A DNA stretch of 64,000 bases from NCBI GenBank assembly GCA_018065465.1, contig JAGHTC010000009.1:9484-73483 (forward strand), given 5' to 3'. The position numbers and the translations under genes were made by a program. Positions 56,440-64,000 of this stretch are shown piece after piece (position 1 is the stretch's first letter; each line of letters opens with the position of its first letter). Below the pieces are notes generated by a model, which saw nothing but the letters and a program-made list of their open reading frames with translations, was not told the origin of the DNA and ran no database searches. Origin of the DNA: Candidatus Ruminococcus equi (GTDB lineage: Bacteria > Bacillota > Clostridia > Oscillospirales > Acutalibacteraceae).

Positions 56440-57798
56440 ATGGATATTATTATTGTCGGTTGCGGTAGAGTAGGTCGTTCGATAGCCGAACAACTTAACA
56501 CCGAATCTCATTCGATAACCATTATCGACCCAAAACAAACGGCACTTGATAAGATTTCCGATACCCAAAACATTATGACAATACAGGGCAACGGTGCTAC
56601 TTTTTCAACGCTTAAGGAAGCGGGAATAGACACCTGTGATTTGCTTATTGCCGTTACCGCGGCTGATGAACTCAACCTCTACACCTGCCTTATCGCAAAG
56701 ACAGCAGGCGTAAAAAGTACAATAGCAAGAGTAAGAAATCCGCAGTACATCAGCGATATCTCTCTTGTTAAAGATGAACTCAAACTTTCTATGGCGATAA
56801 ATCCCGAACTCACCTGTGCAAATGAGATGGCAAGGCTTTTGAAGTTTTCGGGCGTAAATAAAATTGATTCTTTCGCAAAAGGTGCTGTTGACCTTATCAA
56901 GATTAAACTTTCAGATAATTCACCCCTTAGTGAAAAAAGACTTGCCGACTGTGCAAATGTACTCAAAGACGGTGTGCGTATTTGTATGGTTGAGCGTGAC
57001 GGCGAGTGCATTATACCAAACGGCGATTTTGTATTAAATTCGGGTGACTATATTGCGATTGTTGCATCTTCATCATCTGCTGCAAAATTACTGAAAAAAC
57101 TTGCGATTATGTCAAATCGTACCCGTTCAGTTATCATTTTGGGCGGAAGCAAGATTGGCTTTTACCTTGCAAAGGAACTCGACAGAGCAGGTGTCAGTGT
57201 AAAGATTATTGAGAAAGACACCGATAGATGTGAACATCTTTCAGAAGAACTTGACGGCGTTATCGTTATCAACGGCGATGCTATGGATGAAGATTTGCTT
57301 TTGCAGGAAGGTATTGAAACTGCTGACGGAATAGTCACGCTTATGAATACCGATGAAGAAAACATCCTTGCATCTTTGTATGCAAAAAAAGTTAATCCGA
57401 AAGCGAAAACAATAACTGAACTCGGTAACTTGAAATTCACTTCTGTTTTTGATTCACTTCCCCTTGACAGCGTTATAAGACCGAAACAACTCACAGGAGA
57501 ATTTATCATCCGTTATGTTCGCGGTATGCAAAATTCTTTGGGCAGTAATGTCGAAACAATGTACAAGGTGTCTTCAGGACAGGCAGAGGCTCTTGAGTTT
57601 CGTGTTAAAAACGAAAGCGAAGTTACATCTACTCCGCTGTCAAAACTCAACCTTCTTGATAATTTACAAATTGTCTGTATATACAGAGATAACAAACTTA
57701 TCATACCAAACGGCAGTGATACCATTGAAGTCGGCGATACGGTTATTGTTATCACAAAGCACCAAGGTCTAACTGACTTGACGAATATTTTGAGATAG
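56440..57798 (+). CDS. trkA: Trk potassium uptake NAD-binding subunit
   Basis: Two RCK repeats, 'IIVGCGRVG' and 'ILGGSKIG'. Confidence 0.95.
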   Translation: MDIIIVGCGRVGRSIAEQLNTESHSITIIDPKQTALDKISDTQNIMTIQGNGATFSTLKEAGIDTCDLLIAVTAADELNLYTCLIAKTAGVKSTIARVRNPQYISDISLVKDELKLSMAINPELTCANEMARLLKFSGVNKIDSFAKGAVDLIKIKLSDNSPLSEKRLADCANVLKDGVRICMVERDGECIIPNGDFVLNSGDYIAIVASSSSAAKLLKKLAIMSNRTRSVIILGGSKIGFYLAKELDRAGVSVKIIEKDTDRCEHLSEELDGVIVINGDAMDEDLLLQEGIETADGIVTLMNTDEENILASLYAKKVNPKAKTITELGNLKFTSVFDSLPLDSVIRPKQLTGEFIIRYVRGMQNSLGSNVETMYKVSSGQAEALEFRVKNESEVTSTPLSKLNLLDNLQIVCIYRDNKLIIPNGSDTIEVGDTVIVITKHQGLTDLTNILR

Positions 57799-57824
57799 TT
57801 TTACTCAATTCGAGGTATGAATAT

Positions 57825-59282
57825 ATGAACAAACGCATTATTTTCTACATTTTGGGCTGGGTACTTCTTATCGAAGGTGTTGCGATGCAACTTCCTATGA
57901 TTATCGGACTTGTCTGTGGTGAAAGTGAATTTAAATATTTCATTTTTATCGGCTTAGGTCTTATTTTACTCGGTACCTTGCTCGTAATAAAAAAGCCGAA
58001 AAATCCGACAATGTATATCCGCGACGGCTTTGCTTCAACTGCACTTTCGTGGATTGTATTATCCCTGGCGGGTGCTTTGCCGTTTTTTATCAGCAAAACC
58101 ATTCCGTCTTATATTGACGCATTTTTTGAAACGGTTTCGGGCTTTACGACAACCGGTGCTACCATTTTGACCGAGATAGAAAGTCTGCCTCGCTGTATGC
58201 TCTTTTGGCGCAGTTTCTCTCACTGGTTAGGCGGTATGGGCGTTATCGTCTTTTTACTTGCTATTATTCCGAAACTCGGCGGAAACCAAAGTATCAACCT
58301 TATGAAAGCCGAGTCGACAGGACCTTCGGTAGGAAAAAGCCTGCCGAAACTTCGCAACTATGCCGCATTACTCTATTCGATATATTTAGGACTTACGCTT
58401 TTGGAATTTGTGCTTTTGCTGTTCGGCGGAATGACTGCTTTCGACGCGATTACCACTTCATTCTCGACAGCGGGTACAGGCGGATTTATGGTCTATAACG
58501 ACTCGATGGGGCATTTCTCATCCTGGGCAACAGGGCACTATCTGCAAACCGTCGTAGCGGTCTTTATGATGCTTTTCGGCATCAATTTCTATGTCTATAT
58601 TGCTATATTGACAAAGAAATTCAAGCTTGCATTCAAAAACGAAGAGTTATGGGTTTACCTCGGTCTTGTGTTCGCTTCTACCTTGGTTATCGCAATAAAT
58701 ATCAACAGTATCTACGGCTCGTTCTCGGAATCTCTGCACCAAAGTTATTTCTATGTTACCTCGATTATGTCAACAACGGGTGCGGCGGTCGTTGATACGA
58801 ATATCTGGCCGGAGTTTTCAAAGGTGCTGATACTGTTTATCACCTGTGTCGGTGCGTGTGCAGGCTCGACGGGCGGCGGTTTCAAGGTTTCGCGTATTAT
58901 CATCCTGTTCAAAGAAATCAAAAAGGAATTTACCCTTTTGCTTCACCCGAGAACTGTGCAGACAGTAAAGGTTGACGGCAAAAAAATTACTCACGAAGTT
59001 TCCCGTTCCGTCAGCATTTTCTTTGCAATTTATGTCCTGATTATGATAATCACAACTATACTGGTTGCTTTTGACGGCTATGATTATATGACCTGTTTTT
59101 CATCGGTACTTGCTACTTTGAATAATACAGGACCGGGATTTTCGGTAGTCGGCAGTGCAGGAAACTATGCTTCCTTCAGCGTATTTTCAAAATTGGTTTT
59201 CTGCTTTAATATGCTTGCAGGACGACTTGAACTTTATCCGTTTATACTTTTATTCATTCCCACAACCTGGAGAAAAAATTAA
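57825..59282 (+). CDS. trkH: Trk potassium uptake membrane subunit
   Basis: 'ETVSGFTTTG', 'WLGGMG', 'TAGTGG', 'GSTGGG', 'NNTGPG', 'GRLEL'. Confidence 0.95.
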   Translation: MNKRIIFYILGWVLLIEGVAMQLPMIIGLVCGESEFKYFIFIGLGLILLGTLLVIKKPKNPTMYIRDGFASTALSWIVLSLAGALPFFISKTIPSYIDAFFETVSGFTTTGATILTEIESLPRCMLFWRSFSHWLGGMGVIVFLLAIIPKLGGNQSINLMKAESTGPSVGKSLPKLRNYAALLYSIYLGLTLLEFVLLLFGGMTAFDAITTSFSTAGTGGFMVYNDSMGHFSSWATGHYLQTVVAVFMMLFGINFYVYIAILTKKFKLAFKNEELWVYLGLVFASTLVIAININSIYGSFSESLHQSYFYVTSIMSTTGAAVVDTNIWPEFSKVLILFITCVGACAGSTGGGFKVSRIIILFKEIKKEFTLLLHPRTVQTVKVDGKKITHEVSRSVSIFFAIYVLIMIITTILVAFDGYDYMTCFSSVLATLNNTGPGFSVVGSAGNYASFSVFSKLVFCFNMLAGRLELYPFILLFIPTTWRKN

Positions 59283-59297
59283 GACAAAAATAAAAAG

Positions 59298-59327
59298 GGC
59301 TGTGACAAACTATTGTTTGTCACAGCC
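59298..59327. terminator. Bidirectional palindromic terminator (GGCTGTGA family)
   Basis: GGCTGTGACAAAC-TATT-GTTTGTCACAGCC. Confidence 0.85.
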
Positions 59328-59331
59328 TGTT

Positions 59332-59369
59332 TTTTATATTTAGAAAATTGTTTTATATTTAGAAAATTG
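59332..59369. repeat. Perfect 19-bp tandem duplication
   Basis: TTTTATATTTAGAAAATTG x2, including the stop codon of the minus-strand gene. Confidence 0.9.
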
Positions 59370-60276
59370 TTATCATCGGGCTTTGGCTTTTGTCGAGCCA
59401 TTGTAAAACGGAGATAAGTTCGTTTTCGCTGATACCGATACCGCCGTTTGTTTCGCCGTAACTGACATGCAGGAATTTTGCACAGCCTGCTGATTTACTT
59501 ACGGGATCGCGGTTGTAGTCAAAGACTACTGCGTAAGGATAGGATACTGTATATTCATAGAGCCACTGTGCGTCCGACCAATCGCGGGTTGCCGCAGAGC
59601 CGTCGACAAGGCGGTTGTAGTTTACTGAGTTCGGGTCGGTTATCCAGTAGGTTGAATAATCAACGGGAGTGTAGTCAAGTTTTGTACCCGGATTTGAATT
59701 TGTACCGAAAGCAAACTCGATGTTAAATGTACCTTTCGGAGTATAGTTGTCATACGGCCCCATTTCGGTTTTGATACCGCTTGAACTTACATATCCGTTT
59801 ATAGGCTGTTTTTCTTCTTCCCATTTGCTGTCGGAGTTTTTCTGATAGCAATACAGCGTGCAGGATGTGCCTTCGTTATATGCAAAAATTATCTGCGAAC
59901 CTTTGACATCTTTTTCGGTAAGTCCTGCACCGTTTAGAAGTGAAGCAAAGTTATCTTCAAGCGGGGCTTGTGTCGGTGCTTCGGTAGGTTTCTCTGTCGG
60001 CTTTTCTGTAGGAGCGACTGTACTTTCAATAGTGCTTTGGGTAACATCTTGATGTGTTTCAATATTCGGCTCAAGATTGCTTGAAATAAAGGAGTATATC
60101 CTGTCGCCGAACGCAAAGACAACGACTACCGCCGCAATTACTATGAAAGTAATAGATGCAACGATAATTGCAACACGGGTTTGCGATGCAGAGCGTTTTG
60201 TTTTGTAATTATGTGCATTACGATAACGGGATTTGTATCTCCGTCTGTTTTGAGTTTTGTTGTTTTTGTAAGCCAT
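59359..60276 (-). CDS. Membrane-anchored YkuD/L,D-transpeptidase-like protein, catalytic Cys apparently absent
   Basis: Basic N-tail, TM, Thr/Pro linker, 'TPKGTF', 'YAVVFDYN', 'FLHV..ETNGGIG'. Confidence 0.65.
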   Translation of the reverse strand: MAYKNNKTQNRRRYKSRYRNAHNYKTKRSASQTRVAIIVASITFIVIAAVVVVFAFGDRIYSFISSNLEPNIETHQDVTQSTIESTVAPTEKPTEKPTEAPTQAPLEDNFASLLNGAGLTEKDVKGSQIIFAYNEGTSCTLYCYQKNSDSKWEEEKQPINGYVSSSGIKTEMGPYDNYTPKGTFNIEFAFGTNSNPGTKLDYTPVDYSTYWITDPNSVNYNRLVDGSAATRDWSDAQWLYEYTVSYPYAVVFDYNRDPVSKSAGCAKFLHVSYGETNGGIGISENELISVLQWLDKSQSPMITIF

Positions 60277-60285
60277 ATTATTTCC

Positions 60286-61059
60286 CTATCTGCGGACTTT
60301 TCCGCTGTGGACTTGAAGGACGATTGCGGTTGCGTTGTCAATGCCGCCGACTTCGAGTGCCTTGTTAACTAAATCCCTTGCTGCTTGTCTTGCTTCGTTT
60401 TCACTGTTTAATATCGAAAGAATCTCATCTTCACTTAGCATATCCGTAATGCCGTCTGTGCATATAAGATATGTATCTCCTGCTTTGTATTTTCCCATTG
60501 CTATATAGGGCTTTAGCTTTTCATCTTTACTGTCAAGACCGAGAAATTTTGTCAGCGGAGCCTTTCCGCGGTAGCCGTAGGCTACATGGTCCTGTGAAAT
60601 CATATTCATCTTTTTTCGAGATACTTTGTATATTCTTGAATCGCCGACATTGAGCACATAAACGGCATTTTTGCCGAACTGTACCATAGCGGCTGTTGTA
60701 CCCATCATAACCAGTGAGCGGTTTTCGGTTTCTTCACATACTTTTCTGTTTAGGATGTCACAAAGTTCGTAAAGATATTCTTCATACTGTTCTTTATCTT
60801 TGCAGAAATCTTTGCAGTAGGATGCAGCAATAAAAGATGCAACTTCACCACAGGCTTCTCCGCCCATACCGTCAAAAACAGCAAAAAGCTCATTGTCCGA
60901 ACTTGATACATTTCCGAAAAATTCTGCATCTTCGTTTGACATTACATTGGTTCTTATTTCTCCTGCAGTATAGAAATTGTCTTCGTTGTTCTTTCTTACT
61001 TTTCCGACAGAACAGCAGACAGCATAGTCAATGTTATAAAGTCGTCTGATATTGCTCAC
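60286..61059 (-). CDS. PP2C-family Ser/Thr phosphatase
   Basis: 'GKVRKNNED', 'AVFDGMGG', 'NVGDSRIY', 'CTDG', 'GGIDNAT'. Confidence 0.93.
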   Translation of the reverse strand: MSNIRRLYNIDYAVCCSVGKVRKNNEDNFYTAGEIRTNVMSNEDAEFFGNVSSSDNELFAVFDGMGGEACGEVASFIAASYCKDFCKDKEQYEEYLYELCDILNRKVCEETENRSLVMMGTTAAMVQFGKNAVYVLNVGDSRIYKVSRKKMNMISQDHVAYGYRGKAPLTKFLGLDSKDEKLKPYIAMGKYKAGDTYLICTDGITDMLSEDEILSILNSENEARQAARDLVNKALEVGGIDNATAIVLQVHSGKVRR

Positions 61060-61088
61060 CTCCTGTAGTGATGATTGATATAATATAT

Positions 61089-62072
61089 TTATTTTGTTCC
61101 CTCGGGTGTGATGTTCGCTGCGGCGAAAAATCCGTCCGGAATTGTAACTTCGGTTTTGGAGAAATCCGACATCGAAACTGCGATAGCGTAGGACTTGCCA
61201 TTTGTCGCAACGGACAAAGAGAAGTCGGTCAAATAATCGTTTTTATCGAGTGAATAACTTATAACACATGTGCTTGAACGAAGGTTTTCCGCGTTGATAC
61301 TGACTTTTTCTTTGAAAACATTGTAGTCTGTTGCACGGGAAAAGGCGGGACCGAGGTTTTCATCTAAAATATCAAATACATCATTCATACTCGGGGTAAA
61401 AGTGCGAACGGTTTTGTCACCGTCTACCTTTTCCGAATAATTTACACCTGTTTCTATTTGGCTTAAAAGATTACGGTATACTTTGTCAAAAGAAGATTGG
61501 AATGCGTCGGAAGAAAAAGTTGATGACATATTCAAAAGGCGCAAGAGAGGAGCCGCCCATTCACCGCTTTTTCTTGATGTGCGAATAAATTCAAAGAGGT
61601 CGACAGCATCATCGTATGCATCGGATACGGTCCATTGTCCCGAATAATAGTTACCGGTGTAAGCATTTCCTGATTTTGCATAGGCGACATTTGAATAAAT
61701 ATAATCTTTGTATTCAGCATCATAGTAAAGAGATAACTCCTGACGCCCTGTATTTATATTGAGGTTTCCGTTATATGTCATATAGCGTTCGCCGTCAAAA
61801 TCGGCAGTAAGAGTAAACGCAAAACTACCGCTGTCGATATTTTTATCCATTGCGGTTTTCATATCGGACAAGGGGTTTTTTCCGTTACGGATTGAAATAA
61901 CAATAAGAAGCACGACAATCAAAAGGCAAACAGCACCGATAATAGTGCAGGTAAAAATATGGGTTTTAATATATTCTTTCAAAGAGAATCTAGGCTCTTC
62001 GTCTTCGTAGTACCTTACCGTTTTTGGCAAAGGCTTTTTATTTTTATTAAAAAATTTAAAAAGCGGGGCCAT
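61089..62072 (-). CDS. Hypothetical single-TM protein
   Basis: 327-aa ORF, RBS AAAGGAG, one hydrophobic segment at about aa 39-60, own consensus promoter. Confidence 0.75.
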   Translation of the reverse strand: MAPLFKFFNKNKKPLPKTVRYYEDEEPRFSLKEYIKTHIFTCTIIGAVCLLIVVLLIVISIRNGKNPLSDMKTAMDKNIDSGSFAFTLTADFDGERYMTYNGNLNINTGRQELSLYYDAEYKDYIYSNVAYAKSGNAYTGNYYSGQWTVSDAYDDAVDLFEFIRTSRKSGEWAAPLLRLLNMSSTFSSDAFQSSFDKVYRNLLSQIETGVNYSEKVDGDKTVRTFTPSMNDVFDILDENLGPAFSRATDYNVFKEKVSINAENLRSSTCVISYSLDKNDYLTDFSLSVATNGKSYAIAVSMSDFSKTEVTIPDGFFAAANITPEGTK

Positions 62073-62137
62073 AGCAATCTCCTTTCAAAAATTTTCCGAC
62101 AAAAACTTCATTATTATTGCAATTTATACCTATTTTG

Positions 62138-62166
62138 ATTATATAAAAGACAAGATAGATTGTCAA
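62138..62166 (-). promoter_or_regulatory. Consensus sigma-A promoter for the hypothetical-PP2C-YkuD operon
   Basis: Minus strand TTGACA, 17 nt, TATAAT. Confidence 0.8.
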
Positions 62167-62204
62167 TATTATATGTTCTTTTGTAAGTTTTTTGTAATGG
62201 AGTG

Positions 62205-62233
62205 TTGAAAAAGAAAAATTTTGCTGATATAAT
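62205..62233 (+). promoter_or_regulatory. Sigma-A promoter for the dockerin-esterase gene
   Basis: TTGAAA, 17 nt, TATAAT, with extended -10 TG. Confidence 0.75.
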
Positions 62234-62276
62234 TTTTATATTGACAGATTTATTATAATAAAAAGGATGTGATTTT

Positions 62277-63803
62277 ATGAAAAGAAATACACTTTTTGCT
62301 TTTATATTCAGCGTAGTGCTTATAGCAGTAATGTTGATTATTTTGCCGCTTTCGGCTTTTGCCGCCTCTTTTGGTGATGTAGATAAAGACGGAAGCCTTA
62401 CAATCGTAGATGCTACCTATGTCCAAAAGGCACTTGCACAGATGATTGTTTTGGACGATGAGGCACTCAAAGCGGCTAAAGTTGACGGCACCGATGAACT
62501 GAACATTGTCGATGCTACTCTTATTCAGAAAAAGCTTGCAAATCTTATCGACAAATTTCCAGTAGAAGAAAAGCCGACAGAAACCACAGAGAGTACAACG
62601 CAAACAGAATCGACAACAGAATATACTCAGCCGACAACCGTGGCACCTACACAGCCGACAACAGCCCCCACACAACCCCAAACTCAGAAAGAGACGGTGA
62701 CACCAGTGAAAAAGCAGATAAATATTTATTTTTCCAATAATATGAACTGGTCAAATGTATATGCCTATCTCTATAATAACGCTACAGGCACACCGAAAAC
62801 CGCCTGGCCCGGTGCAAAAATGACATATAAAGAAACCAACGAGTACGGCGAAGATATATACACAATGCCTGTTGATACCGAAAAATACGACAGAATTATC
62901 TTTACAGACGGCAAGGTCCAGACAACAGACACTCCCGTAACCGTTGCTAATTCCGGATATTTCATTATGCAGAAAACCAATAATGCCAAATACGGTGTCG
63001 GTCTTTATCCTTACGGCGTAAGCGATGAGGGCAAAATCACTACAGTAAACCTCGAGTATTCAACAGGCTATAAAAAGCCCATATATATCTGGACACCGTC
63101 TGACTATTCACCGAAGAAAAAGTATTCGGTTTTGTATATGACAGACGGACAAAATCTTTTCGGCAATCTCAAAACAATGTCGGGAAATGAATGGGAATGC
63201 GACGAAACCGTGCTTTCATATATGAAAAACGGCGGTGACGGTATTATTGTTGTCGGAATAGATAACTCAAACAATAAGCGCGACAGCGAACTTACCCCGA
63301 TGATAGGAAAGATTTCACCAAAACACAAGGGCGAAGGTTTTGACAACGGAACAGGGGATGTGTTCTCAAAATTCGTTGTTGATACCGTTATTCCGTATGT
63401 CGAGAAGAATTACAGCACTAACTCAATAAGAGGAATTACAGGCTCATCCTCGGGCGGAATCGAGGCATTTTATATCGGTATTGAAAATCCCGACAAGTTC
63501 GATTATATCGGAGCAATGTCACCTGCATTTTTGCTCTTTGAAGAATCCACCTGGCAGACCTATCTTTCAAAATTCGATTTCAAAAACGCAAAAGATTTGC
63601 CGAAAATCTATTTCTACAGTGGCAACTTCAACGACGGTCTTGAGCCGACAATATACCCGCTGTCGGTTGCTATGCAGGGCATACTCGAAAAGAAAGGCTA
63701 TCCGAAGGAACTTATGAAAACCGCTTTCGATAACGACGCTAACCATACCGAGATTTTCTGGGCGATATATTTCCCCGAATCGCTTTCATTCGGACTTGAA
63801 TAA
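62277..63803 (+). CDS. Secreted dockerin + starch-binding module (CBM26-like) + alpha/beta-hydrolase esterase
   Basis: Signal peptide; duplicated 'GDVDKDGSLTIVDAT.VQ' / 'VDGTDELNIVDATLIQ'; T/P/Q linker; 'IYFSNNMNWSNVYAY..WPGAKM..IIF.DG..QT.D'; 'VLYMTDGQNLF', 'GSSSGG', 'NHTEIFW'. Confidence 0.88.
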   Translation: MKRNTLFAFIFSVVLIAVMLIILPLSAFAASFGDVDKDGSLTIVDATYVQKALAQMIVLDDEALKAAKVDGTDELNIVDATLIQKKLANLIDKFPVEEKPTETTESTTQTESTTEYTQPTTVAPTQPTTAPTQPQTQKETVTPVKKQINIYFSNNMNWSNVYAYLYNNATGTPKTAWPGAKMTYKETNEYGEDIYTMPVDTEKYDRIIFTDGKVQTTDTPVTVANSGYFIMQKTNNAKYGVGLYPYGVSDEGKITTVNLEYSTGYKKPIYIWTPSDYSPKKKYSVLYMTDGQNLFGNLKTMSGNEWECDETVLSYMKNGGDGIIVVGIDNSNNKRDSELTPMIGKISPKHKGEGFDNGTGDVFSKFVVDTVIPYVEKNYSTNSIRGITGSSSGGIEAFYIGIENPDKFDYIGAMSPAFLLFEESTWQTYLSKFDFKNAKDLPKIYFYSGNFNDGLEPTIYPLSVAMQGILEKKGYPKELMKTAFDNDANHTEIFWAIYFPESLSFGLE

Positions 63804-63823
63804 TTGATTAGTTAAGTAAAAAT

Positions 63824-63847
63824 GGCTGTGAAGAAGTCTTCACAGCC
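63824..63847. terminator. Palindromic terminator (GGCTGTGA family)
   Basis: GGCTGTGAAGA-AG-TCTTCACAGCC with A/T flanks. Confidence 0.8.
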
Positions 63848-64000
63848 GTTTTGCATTGTACTATAATGCACGGAGTATTTCTTGTGCTATTCGATAAATA
63901 ACTGATACGCAAACAGAGTTTCCGGCTTGTTTATACAATCTTGCATCACTCATATTATTAGGTAATTTAAAATCTTTTGGAAACCCTTGTGCGTTAAAAC

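Noticed and set aside
63848-64000. Possible gene end or RNA at the right edge
   Set aside because: No recognisable ORF or structure within the available sequence.

Overview
Chromosomal segment of an AT-rich anaerobic Firmicute, probably Ruminococcus-like (inferred from a dockerin/CBM26 protein and a cohesin-like protein). (1) 1-23.3 kb is the 3' part of a Wzx/Wzy-type surface-polysaccharide locus with five glycosyltransferases, wecB, a sulfotransferase-fold protein and a TagF-family phosphotransferase. It also has rmlAB followed by an actinomycete-type NDP-hexose 2,3-dehydratase, 3-ketoreductase and 4-aminotransferase, and a CDP-6-deoxyhexose module (rfbF, rfbG, SDR, RmlC-like). (2) 23.4-28.2 kb is a separately promoted capD-galE-glmS unit. 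(3) 28.4-30.8 kb encodes an APC permease plus an HTH-LicC-like cytidylyltransferase fusion. (4) 30.8-31.35 kb is a repeat-rich convergent gap holding a ~135-nt structured element. A second, covarying copy lies between secA and gltX at 53.2-53.4 kb. (5) 31.4-64 kb is mostly envelope and housekeeping genes: acyltransferase-3, sulfatase-fold protein, FHA-FtsW + PBP, AraC, MBL lipoprotein, FkbM, EamA, asparaginase-like, a second sugar aminotransferase + GNAT, split transketolase, coaX + ECF-S, cohesin-like, SDR, glnS, gltX, secA, trkAH, YkuD-like, PP2C and dockerin-CBM26-esterase. I saw no rRNA, tRNA, CRISPR array, transposase or integrase. All product calls come from motifs recognised by eye; no database search was run. 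Several starts were moved from the ORF track to RBS-supported codons.
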